A DNA stretch of 32,000 bases, taken from NCBI RefSeq assembly GCF_900143075.1, contig NZ_FRCY01000001.1, positions 389,894-421,893 of the forward strand, written 5' to 3'. Position 1 is the stretch's first letter. Every line of letters begins with the position of its first letter. The notes under the pieces are model-generated. The model was not told the origin of the DNA and did no database searches. It was given only the letters and a program-made list of their open reading frames with translations. This stretch comes from Cyclobacterium lianum (lineage in GTDB: Bacteria; Bacteroidota; Bacteroidia; Cytophagales; Cyclobacteriaceae). Shown one piece after another: positions 17,086 to 26,025 of this stretch. The position numbers and the translations under genes were made by a program.

Positions 17086-17429
17086 AGCAATTTATTTTGA
17101 TCGTCCGGAAAGATGACGATAGGTTGATAAGACCTCGCTTCTTCAAAGTCCATCGAGGCGTATGAAATGATGATGACCACATCTCCCACCTGTGCTTTTC
17201 TTGCCGCTGGCCCGTTAAGACAGACCTGTCCGCTTCCTCTCTCTCCTTTGATCACATAGGTTTCGAGTCGCTCTCCATTATTGATGTTCACCACCTGTAC
17301 TTTTTCGTTGGCAATGATATTTGCTGCATCCATAAGGTCTTCGTCTATGGTGATGCTGCCTACGTAGTGCAGTTCGGCCTGGGTGATTTTTACCCTATGA
17401 ATCTTTGATTTTAGAAGTTGGATCTGCAT
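17082..17429 (-). CDS. panD: Aspartate 1-decarboxylase
   Basis: '[36 protein letters not shown]...' includes the self-cleavage Gly-Ser site (VGS). The length of 115 aa is typical. Confidence 0.95.
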   Translation of the reverse strand: MQIQLLKSKIHRVKITQAELHYVGSITIDEDLMDAANIIANEKVQVVNINNGERLETYVIKGERGSGQVCLNGPAARKAQVGDVVIIISYASMDFEEARSYQPIVIFPDDQNKLL

Positions 17430-17445
17430 GACAATTTTTGTTCTG

Positions 17446-18294
17446 CTATTCGCCTATTACCAGGTTGTCGATAAGCCGGATATTCTCAATGTTGGCAGCG
17501 ATACATATCGCGAAGGGTACTCCATTTGACTGCTTATGCAACAAGGAAAATCGTTTCAATTCTACCAGTTCGAGGTACTCTGTCTGTATGCCGGCCGGCG
17601 AAAGCTCTTCCTGAATGACTTTATTTCTTACCGTAAACCAATCTCCTCCATTCAATAGTTCAGTCTCACATCGCCGGAGTGCCTGATAAAGACGGGGAGC
17701 GGTGGTGCGCCCTTTTTCAGAAAGCCTCAGGTTTCTGGACGATAGAGCCAAACCGTCTTCGTCGCGCACGGTCGGGATCATCCGGATACGGGTATCCATA
17801 GAAAGGTCCGCAGTAAGGCGGCGGATGATAGCTACCTGCTGCAGGTCTTTTTGACCGAAAAATGCACGGTCAGGTAGCAGTATATGGAACAATTTGGCCA
17901 CCACTATGGCTACCCCGTTGAAATGTCCCGGCCGGAATTTGCCTTCCATGATCTGTTCCATCGGCCCAAAATCAAATTCTGTAATGACAGATTCCGGATA
18001 GATCTCTTTTTCATCCGGAACAAATACCAGGTCCACGCCTTCTTCGGCCAGCAATTCCAGGTCACGGGCCAGAGTTCTTGGGTATTTAAAAAGATCTTCC
18101 GGGTTGTTAAACTGTATGGGGTTTACAAAAATCGATACTACGGTAATGTCTGAAACCTTTTTGGCCGCACGGATCAACTCCACATGACCCCGGTGCAAAG
18201 CACCCATGGTCGGTACCAAACCAATCGATTTTCCCTGGCTTTTCAGGCGCTTAATCTGCTGTCTTACAGCGGGTATGGTTTCAACTTTCTCCAA
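17446..18294 (-). CDS. panC: Pantoate--beta-alanine ligase
   Basis: '[18 protein letters not shown]', '[10 protein letters not shown]' and 'FGQKDLQQ' motifs. The ORF is open to a TTG at 18330, but a TAnnTTTG box overlaps that codon. The TTG at 18294 gives a typical 282-aa protein. The start is uncertain between 18294 and 18330. Confidence 0.93.
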   Translation of the reverse strand: MEKVETIPAVRQQIKRLKSQGKSIGLVPTMGALHRGHVELIRAAKKVSDITVVSIFVNPIQFNNPEDLFKYPRTLARDLELLAEEGVDLVFVPDEKEIYPESVITEFDFGPMEQIMEGKFRPGHFNGVAIVVAKLFHILLPDRAFFGQKDLQQVAIIRRLTADLSMDTRIRMIPTVRDEDGLALSSRNLRLSEKGRTTAPRLYQALRRCETELLNGGDWFTVRNKVIQEELSPAGIQTEYLELVELKRFSLLHKQSNGVPFAICIAANIENIRLIDNLVIGE

Positions 18295-18327
18295 GGGCTT
18301 CTTTGGGATGGTGTAGGAAAATAGGTG

Positions 18328-18335
18328 CAAAAGTA
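18328..18335 (-). promoter_or_regulatory. Candidate -7 promoter box (TACTTTTG on minus strand) for the panC operon
   Basis: Plus-strand CAAAAGTA is minus-strand TACTTTTG, matching TAnnTTTG, and lies about 34 nt upstream of the 18294 start. Pattern match only. Confidence 0.35.
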
Positions 18336-18378
18336 TATTATTCTGATTAAAAACAATGGGAAATCCTTATTTTTTTTG

Positions 18379-18386
18379 TAAATTTG
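18379..18386 (+). promoter_or_regulatory. Candidate -7 promoter box (TAAATTTG) for the glycogen-synthase-like gene
   Basis: Matches TAnnTTTG and lies 37 nt upstream of the ATG at 18423, preceded by a T8 run. I see no clear -33 TTTG at the expected spacing. Confidence 0.35.
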
Positions 18387-18422
18387 TAGTCCCGTTATAT
18401 CCCTTAACAAAACACATTAGAT

Positions 18423-19235
18423 ATGTCTAAACTTCGTATCCTTTACGTAGCAAGCGAAATCAATCCATTTCTTCAAACCTCGGAAGTTGCCAATTTTGTA
18501 AGGGCGTTACCGCAGGCCATGCAGGAAAAGGGAATGGAAATCCGGATTCTGGTACCCAGATTCGGCCTTATCAATGAGAGGAAGAACAGACTGCACGAGG
18601 TAGTACGCCTTTCCGGTATCAATATTTCTGTAGGTGAGGAAGAAAAACCGCTGATTATCAAGGTGGCTTCCATTCCCAATGCAAAGCTTCAGGTTTATTT
18701 CATAGACAATGAAGACTATTTCCAGCGAAAGAGCGTTTTCTTTGACAAGCAGGATAAGTTTTACGAAGACAATGACGAAAGAGCGATTTTCTTTTGCAAA
18801 GGCGTATTGGAGACTGTAAAGAAACTGGGTTGGGCACCAGATGTGGTACATTGCAATGACTGGATGACCAGTTTGATACCCTTGTATCTCAAAACCACTT
18901 ATAAGAACGAACCCCTATTTAAGGAAACAAAATCCGTCTTTGCCATTTATAATAACGGATTTAGTCATAAATTTGGGGACGATTTATTTGAAAAAATCAA
19001 AATGGTAGATATCGACGATGAGCTACTAGACCCATTAAAGACCAAGGATTACGAAGGTTTCCTCAAACTTGGAATGGAGTATGCCGATGTCGTAGTAAAA
19101 GGCGAGGATATCTCTGAGAACCTCACTACCATGATAAAAGAAACATCTAAAGACAAGCAGTTTGAAATTAATAGTGAAGAAGAAGCTCAGCTTTTTGAGA
19201 GTTACTACAATATCTACACCGATCTGGCAGGCTAA
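18423..19235 (+). CDS. Glycogen/starch-synthase-like protein (N-terminal GT5 half only)
   Basis: The N-terminus aligns by eye to GlgA: 'ILYVASEINPFLQTSEVANFVRALPQAMQEKGMEIRILVPRF' versus E. coli '[42 protein letters not shown]'. It is only 270 aa, so it lacks the C-terminal GT-B half. Confidence 0.8.
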   Translation: MSKLRILYVASEINPFLQTSEVANFVRALPQAMQEKGMEIRILVPRFGLINERKNRLHEVVRLSGINISVGEEEKPLIIKVASIPNAKLQVYFIDNEDYFQRKSVFFDKQDKFYEDNDERAIFFCKGVLETVKKLGWAPDVVHCNDWMTSLIPLYLKTTYKNEPLFKETKSVFAIYNNGFSHKFGDDLFEKIKMVDIDDELLDPLKTKDYEGFLKLGMEYADVVVKGEDISENLTTMIKETSKDKQFEINSEEEAQLFESYYNIYTDLAG

Positions 19236-20577
19236 AATTTTCGGAATTTTATTTTCTATCATGCTATTTACCGGGGCCTGTTCTGACCCATCAGAAATAG
19301 GTTTGGTACTCGACCCGGATTCCAATCAGATAGGGGTTTTCTATGAAGAAATACCCCTTTCTTCTTATTTGGTCCTGGCAGATTCCTTTAATACTACCAG
19401 CCAGGGAAGAGTAGTAGTGGGCGGGGATCAAAGTGAGCTGTTCGGAACTACCCGTGCCACAGCTTACAGCAGATTGTCGTTCAATCCCAACGGTGTTCCG
19501 CCCAGAGAGGAGGCGATTTTTGATTCGGCCGTGTTTACCATGAATGTGGTGGACCTTATCGGAGAAGATTTTGACGAGGAAAAGACCTTTAGCGTACACC
19601 GCCTCACGGAGCCGATTCTGGATACTGCCTACTACAATTTCAGTAGCCTTGCCTACGAGGAGGAAAGTACTATTGCTTCGGGATCTTTCGTCCTGCAGCC
19701 GGACACGGCAAATCTTCTGAGGATGAACGTGTCGCCTGAAATATCATCTGATTTCTTTGAAAAGCTGAAGGCTGATGACCCGGTATTTGACAATATCTTT
19801 ACTTTCCGGGATTACTTCCCGGGTATCGTCATGACCGGAGATCCGGCACAAAACACCTCCCTGTCACTGGCTATGGGCAGCGGTACCGGTATGACGTTGT
19901 ACTATCATTATGATGGAGACACTGTCTCTACCGGCTATCCTATCAATACCATTCAGTCCCGACACTTTACCGGGCTGAGCAATGAAGCGCAAGGTTCAGC
20001 GATCGAAGGCCTGACAGAACGAGGAAAGGAATACGATGTGCCCGGAAATCTGGTAGGGGCTAAAGCCGGGCTTGGAATGTTGCTCAAGCTGGATATGAGT
20101 CCGGTTCATGATTTTCTGGATACGCTGGAAAACATTACCTTTAACCAGATCATGCTGGAAGTAGGGCCCGTTGAACCCTATCCCGAATTCAAAACACCCT
20201 ATAATTCCCTGGTGATGTACTTTGCCACGGTAGATAACGAAATTTATCAGCGGTTTGACGGCAGAGAGGTGGCCGTTCAGAGTGAAAGTGGCAACCAAAC
20301 CGCATTTGACCAGAATGGAAATGTGGTTCCTACGACAAACAACCAGACAGGTTTGGCCTTTAATACTGAAGACGGCATCTATGCCAATCAGATCACCTCG
20401 TATGTCAATGCACTTTATCGATCAGAGCTGGTAAGGACAGATTTGTTCCTGTATCCCAATACCCCAAGTACAGAAAGAGCGCCGGTAAATTCTGACGCAT
20501 TCAAGCGATCACTCCGGGAGTTTGTCGTCAATAAAGACAATATCAAGTTAAAGGTTTATTACACCAAAATCCGGTAA
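19162..20577 (+). CDS. DUF4270-like lipoprotein (hypothetical)
   Basis: Lipoprotein-type N-terminus '...FGILFSIMLFTGACSDPSE'. Its position directly downstream of the glycogen-synthase-like gene matches the Bacteroidota arrangement I recall for DUF4270 proteins. The start is uncertain: the ATG at 19162 overlaps the upstream gene by 74 bp, and a TTG at 19195 is an alternative. Confidence 0.55.
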   Translation: MKLIVKKKLSFLRVTTISTPIWQAKIFGILFSIMLFTGACSDPSEIGLVLDPDSNQIGVFYEEIPLSSYLVLADSFNTTSQGRVVVGGDQSELFGTTRATAYSRLSFNPNGVPPREEAIFDSAVFTMNVVDLIGEDFDEEKTFSVHRLTEPILDTAYYNFSSLAYEEESTIASGSFVLQPDTANLLRMNVSPEISSDFFEKLKADDPVFDNIFTFRDYFPGIVMTGDPAQNTSLSLAMGSGTGMTLYYHYDGDTVSTGYPINTIQSRHFTGLSNEAQGSAIEGLTERGKEYDVPGNLVGAKAGLGMLLKLDMSPVHDFLDTLENITFNQIMLEVGPVEPYPEFKTPYNSLVMYFATVDNEIYQRFDGREVAVQSESGNQTAFDQNGNVVPTTNNQTGLAFNTEDGIYANQITSYVNALYRSELVRTDLFLYPNTPSTERAPVNSDAFKRSLREFVVNKDNIKLKVYYTKIR

Positions 20578-20587
20578 TTTCCGGCAA

Positions 20588-21424
20588 TCAGTGGGTTCTG
20601 CTGAAAAGGACAGCGGCCCACTGTTTGCTGCATTTTTTATCCCGGTATTCGAGTCCCTGTTCTTCTGCCGCTTTTCTGATTTCAGGGATGTCTTTTTCGT
20701 AAAACCCGCTCAGTACCAGCAGGCCCCCGGCACTAAGGTCTCCGGCGTATGTGGGAAGCTCATCCAGCAATACATTTTTGTTGATATTGGCCAGGATCAG
20801 GTCGTAGTTTTTTTCCTTGCTTACCGACCTCACAGTACCTTTCTGCATGATGGTTCCGACTAGGCCGTTAATTTCAAAATTCTCATTACCGTTTTCCACA
20901 CTCCAGTCGTCTATATCAAAGGCTGTCACAAATTTTGCACCCAATTTTTTGGCCATGATGGCAAGGATTCCCGTTCCGGACCCTGCATCCATTACCTTTT
21001 TGTGGCGGTGGTCCAGCGACAACTGCCAGCTGAGCATCAGGAAGGTAGTGGCATGGTGTCCTGTGCCAAAAGACATCTTGGGGTTGATAATGATTTCGTG
21101 GACAAAGGATGCCGCTTTTGATGGGTGGAAGGTGGCTCTGACATATACCTGGTCAGCCACTGCTATCGGATCGTAATGCTTTTCCCAGGCTTCATTCCAG
21201 TTCACTTTGGGCAATACTCCCTCGCTGACCTGAACGGCAGCAGCTTCCTTATACCGGGCAATCAGAGCCTCCCAGTCCTTTCTGTCGAGCTCTTCGGGCA
21301 GTATATAGGCATCTATGCCAGCCTCAGTTTCCAGAAATGAATCAAAACCGATCCCGGCCATTTCAGCGATAAGGATTTCCCGGTAGGAAGGGCTGCAGGT
21401 GATCTTGAATTCCAGGTATTCCAT
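20588..21424 (-). CDS. prmA: Ribosomal protein L11 methyltransferase
   Basis: PrmA-type N-terminal domain ('MEYLEFKI...AEMAGIGFDSFLE'), 'FGTGHHATT', and the SAM-binding motif 'VMDAGSGTGILAI'. Confidence 0.9.
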   Translation of the reverse strand: MEYLEFKITCSPSYREILIAEMAGIGFDSFLETEAGIDAYILPEELDRKDWEALIARYKEAAAVQVSEGVLPKVNWNEAWEKHYDPIAVADQVYVRATFHPSKAASFVHEIIINPKMSFGTGHHATTFLMLSWQLSLDHRHKKVMDAGSGTGILAIMAKKLGAKFVTAFDIDDWSVENGNENFEINGLVGTIMQKGTVRSVSKEKNYDLILANINKNVLLDELPTYAGDLSAGGLLVLSGFYEKDIPEIRKAAEEQGLEYRDKKCSKQWAAVLFSRTH

Positions 21425-21451
21425 TTCTGTAAAGTTTTTGGATGGTGTATG

Positions 21452-21482
21452 AAAATGCCCGGGACAGCAGGCGACCCGGGCA
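21452..21482 (-). terminator. Stem-loop terminator after tpiA
   Basis: TGCCCGGG / CCCGGGCA form an 8-bp stem with an 11-nt loop, followed on the minus strand by TTTT. It lies about 27 nt downstream of the tpiA stop. Confidence 0.6.
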
Positions 21483-21508
21483 AGAATAAGCTGGCAGCAA
21501 AGGCAGGC

Positions 21509-22270
21509 TTAGAAAGATTTGATGATGTCTACAAAATCTCTTGATTTCAGGGATGCACCCCCAATCAAGCCTCCATCCACGTCTGGCTTGGAAAAGATCT
21601 CTCTGGCATTATCTGGTTTGCAGCTACCACCATAGAGGATGGAGATTTCATCGGCCACAGCGCTTCCAAATTTGCCGGCCAGGTGCTGCCTGATGGCGGC
21701 ATGCATTTCCTGAGCCTGCTCAGCAGACGCGGTTTTGCCTGTTCCGATGGCCCATATAGGCTCATAAGCAATGACGATGTTTTTGATCTCGTTTTCAGAA
21801 AACCCAAATAAACTCTCAGTCAATTGGTTTTTCACGTAATCCTCATGGGTGCCGGATTCTCTGATTTCAAGCGGTTCGCCGCAACAGAATATCGGTGTCA
21901 GCTTATTAGCCAGTGCCTGCTTGGTTTTTTCTGTAAGCAACGCATTGGTTTCCCGGAAATACTCCCTTCTTTCACTGTGGCCGATAATTACGTATTCGGC
22001 CCCAAATGAGGCCAGCATTTCCGCCGAAATTTCGCCTGTAAATGCACCGGATGCCTTGTCGGAACAATTCTGGCCGCCCAAATGTATGTTTTTAACTCCT
22101 GCTATCAATTTATTGACTCCGTGAAGGTGAACATATGGAGGGTTTAATACTACCGTTACATCTTTCTGTGGTTCATCTCTGAGCATATTTACAATCTCTG
22201 AAGTAAGCTTTTGCCCCTCCTCCTGAACACCATTCATTTTCCAGTTTCCGGCAACAATTTTTTTTCGCAT
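21509..22270 (-). CDS. tpiA: Triose-phosphate isomerase
   Basis: 'VAGNWKMN', 'IIGHSERR', 'IAYEPIWAIGTG' and 'ILYGGS' motifs. Confidence 0.95.
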   Translation of the reverse strand: MRKKIVAGNWKMNGVQEEGQKLTSEIVNMLRDEPQKDVTVVLNPPYVHLHGVNKLIAGVKNIHLGGQNCSDKASGAFTGEISAEMLASFGAEYVIIGHSERREYFRETNALLTEKTKQALANKLTPIFCCGEPLEIRESGTHEDYVKNQLTESLFGFSENEIKNIVIAYEPIWAIGTGKTASAEQAQEMHAAIRQHLAGKFGSAVADEISILYGGSCKPDNAREIFSKPDVDGGLIGGASLKSRDFVDIIKSF

Positions 22271-22290
22271 GATATATTAGTTAAGATTTA

Positions 22291-22298
22291 TATATTTG
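22291..22298 (+). promoter_or_regulatory. Candidate -7 promoter box (TATATTTG) for recX
   Basis: Matches TAnnTTTG and lies 46 nt upstream of the ATG at 22344. It overlaps the alternative TTG start at 22296, which argues for the 22344 start. Confidence 0.35.
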
Positions 22299-22343
22299 GT
22301 CAGGATTATCCCGTTCATGTACCAAAGGTTAAAATTACGTAAA

Positions 22344-22850
22344 ATGTCAGTTCCAGAAAAAGAAAATTCGGATACCGGTGCAAAAAAGAAGCCAGGTTAT
22401 GCCGCGGCTTTGAGGAGAATAGCCTCTTTTTGTGCCTACCAGGAAAGAAGTCATTTTGAAGTGAGGGGAAAACTGGAAGATTGGGGACTGGGGCCGGAGG
22501 AGATCGGCAAATTGATCGCCAGATTGGAAGAGCAGGATTTCCTCAATGAGAAAAGATTTGTAGATAGTTTTGTGAGAGGTAGGTTCGGCTTAAAGAAATG
22601 GGGCAAAATACGGATCCGCCAGGAACTGAAAATGCGGCAAATTTCTGAAGACCTGATCCGGGATTCTCTTGCTGCGCTTGACGAAAGTGAATATGAAGAG
22701 ACATTGAGGTTTCTTGCCGAAAGAAAATGGAAATTGACCAATGAAGCCGACCCGTATAAAAAGAAAGCCAAAGTATCTCGTTTTCTGTTATTCAGGGGTT
22801 TCGAAGCAGATCTGATAAAGGATGTAGTAGATGGGCTGGCTACTGTTTAG
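22344..22850 (+). CDS. recX: RecX-family regulatory protein
   Basis: 'AALRRIASFCAYQERSHFEVRGKLEDWGL' plus a repeated three-helix pattern ('FLNEKRFVDSFVRGR', 'ISEDLIRDSL', 'KVSRFLLFRGFEADLI'). Confidence 0.85.
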   Translation: MSVPEKENSDTGAKKKPGYAAALRRIASFCAYQERSHFEVRGKLEDWGLGPEEIGKLIARLEEQDFLNEKRFVDSFVRGRFGLKKWGKIRIRQELKMRQISEDLIRDSLAALDESEYEETLRFLAERKWKLTNEADPYKKKAKVSRFLLFRGFEADLIKDVVDGLATV

Positions 22851-23475
22851 GGACAAATCGGTCCCCTGATTCCTGGGGGATGACGTCTATTACATTGGCC
22901 AATACCAATTTGACCAGGGTTCGGGAAGCGATATAGATCGGAATTTTTGCTGAAACCATGTATTCTTTCAGCGTGATGTGGGAGCGGACAGCGAGCTCTT
23001 TCATGAGCAGTTCTTCTTTTTTACCATATTTGAAGATAATGTCTTCCTGGCGCTGTTTGCGCTTCATGATCTCCCACATCTCCCTGCTTGCCTGAATACT
23101 TTTGTCCGCTACCCTGACAAACGCTTTTTTCTTATTTTCATCCCAGATGAAGTGCGGGCCGGCTTTGCTCTTCTGAATTTCATATACAGCCACGCCCTTT
23201 TTTGGGGTAAGATGCACCACATGTTTATTCAGGTGGATAGGAGGCAGAATCAATTCCCGAATGGCCTTGTCCATCGCGTAGACCTCCTCTTCTATATACC
23301 TTTGCCCACTGACCGTACCATCATCGTCCACGCCAATCAACAAATGCCCACCGTCGGTGTTGGCCATGGCCACAATTTCCTTGACTATTTTTTCCGGGTG
23401 GGCTGCTTTTTTTTTGAATTCCACGTGCAGGCCTTCTCCCCTTCTGGCTATCTTCCCAATTTCCTGAATCGTCAT
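22840..23475 (-). CDS. AlbA_2 (Schlafen-like putative DNA-binding) domain protein
   Basis: The N-terminal 'GEGLHVEFKKKAAHPEKIVKEIVAMANTDGGHLLIGVDDDGTVSG' is the core pattern of the AlbA_2 / divergent-AAA_4 domain as I recall it. The C-terminal ~70 aa could be a winged helix. Confidence 0.7.
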   Translation of the reverse strand: MTIQEIGKIARRGEGLHVEFKKKAAHPEKIVKEIVAMANTDGGHLLIGVDDDGTVSGQRYIEEEVYAMDKAIRELILPPIHLNKHVVHLTPKKGVAVYEIQKSKAGPHFIWDENKKKAFVRVADKSIQASREMWEIMKRKQRQEDIIFKYGKKEELLMKELAVRSHITLKEYMVSAKIPIYIASRTLVKLVLANVIDVIPQESGDRFVPKQ

Positions 23476-23481
23476 TGCCTT

Positions 23482-23934
23482 TCATTTTATTAAAACCGCC
23501 AGCGTAATTCTTGCTCCCAGCGTCTGGTTCTGAACATAATAATCTGCTATTCCTTCCAAACGCATCCTGTAAGTGATATTATAGGTGTAGCCAGCTCCCA
23601 GGCCCAGGTCTGCGTTATTGCCTACCAGAGCGCGCGCCCGGATAAAAGCCGCTTCGAGCGGATAAAACCTCAGGCCTCCGGTGATTTGATTTGCACCTGC
23701 GGTGTTGTATTCAAAACCGCCCGAAAACGAGAGCTGGTGAAGGTGAAAATAGTTGACCTCCGCACCAAGTTGCGCTTTCTGAAAGATACCCTGTATATCT
23801 GTTCTGACCAGATCCAAACCGCTACTGATCAAAAAGCTTCCTGCGGCCTGCTGGGCATGGCTTCTGGAGATTCCGCCCAGCAGCAGCAAGAGCATGGCAC
23901 TGAGTAGGAATGCCCGGGTTACAATTTTCCTCAT
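23482..23934 (-). CDS. Small secreted protein, probable outer-membrane beta-barrel (hypothetical)
   Basis: The ATG at 23934 gives the signal peptide '[29 protein letters not shown]'. The rest has alternating hydrophobic, Gly- and aromatic-rich strands ('GAEVNYFHL','LSFSGGFEY','GGLRFYP','[11 protein letters not shown]'). The longer 23982 start would lie inside uvrB. Confidence 0.55.
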   Translation of the reverse strand: MRKIVTRAFLLSAMLLLLLGGISRSHAQQAAGSFLISSGLDLVRTDIQGIFQKAQLGAEVNYFHLHQLSFSGGFEYNTAGANQITGGLRFYPLEAAFIRARALVGNNADLGLGAGYTYNITYRMRLEGIADYYVQNQTLGARITLAVLIK

Positions 23935-25970
23935 GATGGCTCGGCATTCAAGGTTTCCAATCGTTTTTTGAGACCCGTCCACTCGTCCCGAAGCCGGGCT
24001 GCTTCCATGAAGTTCAATTCCCTGGCCGCAGCTTCCATCCTTTTCTGGGTTTGTTTGATCAGTTTTTCCAACTTATCCTTGCTAAGGTATTGAACAATCG
24101 GGTCTGCCGCCACATCTGCCTCTTCCGGATTGTTTTCCACATAAATTTTCGCATTTCTTTTGCTGTCCGCCACCTTGGTCTGTCCCATGATCCTGTCGTG
24201 GGATTTGATGACCGTTTTGGGAGTGATTCCGTGCTCCTCATTGTACTCCTTCTGCCTTGCCCTTCTCCGGTTCGTTTCGTCAATGGCCAGTTGCATGCTT
24301 TCAGTAGTAGTATCGGCATACATCACTACCTTTCCAAATTCATTTCTGGCCGCCCGACCGATGGTCTGTACCAAACTCCTTTCGTTTCTCAGAAAACCTT
24401 CCTTGTCCGCATCCAGAATAGCCACCAAAGCTACTTCCGGGAGATCCAGGCCTTCCCGTAACAGATTGACACCGACCAACACATCAAATATGCCCAATCG
24501 CAGCTCTCTCAGAATCTCTACCCTGTCCAGCGGTTTCACCTCCGAGTGAATGTACCTGGATTTGACACCTACCTTGGCCAGGTACTTGTCCAATTCCTCC
24601 GCCATCCGTTTCGTAAGGGTGGTCACCAGTACCCGAAATCCGTTTTTTATCGTCTGATCTATTTCTTCCAGCAGGTCGTCAATTTGATTGCCACTGGGCC
24701 GTACCTCTATGACAGGATCCAGCAAACCAGTGGGCCGTATGATCTGCTCGACCACCACCCCTTCGGATTTGGTCAGTTCGTAGTCTGCCGGTGTTGCACT
24801 GACGTATATCACCTGATTGGTGAGGGATTCAAATTCATCAAATTTTAATGGCCGGTTGTCCAGCGCTGAGGGTAGTCTGAACCCGTAATCCACCAGGTTT
24901 ACTTTTCTGGACCGGTCTCCACCCCACATGGCCCGAACCTGGGGCACGGTTACGTGACTTTCATCGATGACGAGCAGATAGTCATCGGGAAAATAATCCA
25001 GGAGACAGAAGGGTCTGGTACCAGGCTGCCGGCGGTCAAAATACCGCGAATAATTTTCTACTCCGGAGCAATATCCCAGCTCGCGGATCATTTCCAAATC
25101 AAATTCAGTACGCTCTTTCAGCCGCTTGGCTTCCATCAGCTTCATGTCCTTTTCAAAAAATCCAAGCTGCGCCACCAAATCATCCTGTATCTCATGGATC
25201 GCCGTATCGATAACATCCCTGCCGGTCACAAATAAGTTTGCAGGGAAGATGGTGATGATTTTCTCGTCAGAAATTTTCTTGCCAGTCAGGGGGTCCACCC
25301 GCTGTATGGCTTCTATTTCGTCTCCCCAGAAGAAAAGGCGATACGCAAAATCTCCGTAGGCCACAAAAATATCTACCGTGTCTCCCTTAACCCGGAAGGT
25401 TCCCCGGTTGAAATCTGCGGTAGCCCTGCTGTAAAGCACTTCCACCAGTTTGAAGAGCAGTTGATTTCGGGGAATCCGGTCGCCCTCCTGTATTTTGATA
25501 ACGTTCTTCCCAAATTCCTCCGGATTTCCTATACCATATATGCAGGAAACGGAGGCCACTACAATGACATCTCTTCTGCCTGAGAGCAGTGCTGAAGTGG
25601 CAGAGAGCCGCAGCTTTTCAATCTCCTCATTGATCGACAAGTCTTTTTCTATATAGGTACCACTGGTAGGAATAAACGCCTCAGGCTGATAGTAGTCGTA
25701 ATAGCTGATAAAATATTCTACGGCATTGTCAGGGAAAAATTGTTTGAATTCACCATAAAGCTGGGCAGCAAGGGTTTTGTTGTGACTCAATACAAGGGTA
25801 GGCCGCTGCACCTCCTGTATCACGTTGGCCACGGTGAAGGTTTTACCCGATCCGGTCACACCCAGCAGAACCTGGGCCGGATCTCCGCCTTTGATCCCCG
25901 ATACCAGGCTTTTGATGGCTGCCGGTTGGTCCCCGGTGGGTTCATAATCCGAAATGATATTAAAATCCAT
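23931..25970 (-). CDS. uvrB: Excinuclease ABC subunit B
   Basis: '[11 protein letters not shown]', Walker A '[10 protein letters not shown]', helicase motifs 'VIDESHVT' and 'QTIGRAARN', and the C-terminal UVR motif '[16 protein letters not shown]'. Confidence 0.97.
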   Translation of the reverse strand: MDFNIISDYEPTGDQPAAIKSLVSGIKGGDPAQVLLGVTGSGKTFTVANVIQEVQRPTLVLSHNKTLAAQLYGEFKQFFPDNAVEYFISYYDYYQPEAFIPTSGTYIEKDLSINEEIEKLRLSATSALLSGRRDVIVVASVSCIYGIGNPEEFGKNVIKIQEGDRIPRNQLLFKLVEVLYSRATADFNRGTFRVKGDTVDIFVAYGDFAYRLFFWGDEIEAIQRVDPLTGKKISDEKIITIFPANLFVTGRDVIDTAIHEIQDDLVAQLGFFEKDMKLMEAKRLKERTEFDLEMIRELGYCSGVENYSRYFDRRQPGTRPFCLLDYFPDDYLLVIDESHVTVPQVRAMWGGDRSRKVNLVDYGFRLPSALDNRPLKFDEFESLTNQVIYVSATPADYELTKSEGVVVEQIIRPTGLLDPVIEVRPSGNQIDDLLEEIDQTIKNGFRVLVTTLTKRMAEELDKYLAKVGVKSRYIHSEVKPLDRVEILRELRLGIFDVLVGVNLLREGLDLPEVALVAILDADKEGFLRNERSLVQTIGRAARNEFGKVVMYADTTTESMQLAIDETNRRRARQKEYNEEHGITPKTVIKSHDRIMGQTKVADSKRNAKIYVENNPEEADVAADPIVQYLSKDKLEKLIKQTQKRMEAAARELNFMEAARLRDEWTGLKKRLETLNAEPS

Positions 25971-26025
25971 ATAATTTTAATTTACTTAATTACAACGCCT
26001 TTAAGGCCGGGAATAGTTTTCAGGA

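Noticed and set aside
22840-23475. AlbA_2 protein as a stand-alone phage-defence gene or defence island
   Set aside because: No partner nuclease, ATPase, methyltransferase or toxin gene is present, and there are no mobility genes. The flanks are core housekeeping genes (uvrB, recX, tpiA). It is reported only as part of the uvrB-linked string.
23935-23982. Upstream extended starts offered by the ORF track: 23982 for the beta-barrel protein, 22296 for recX, 27420 for the T9SS protein, 9074 for the MltF-like gene and 29866 for gntP
   Set aside because: The extensions add residues in front of otherwise well-formed signal peptides or N-termini, use TTG, or overlap a neighbouring gene or a candidate -7 box. 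Internal ATGs give canonical N-termini.
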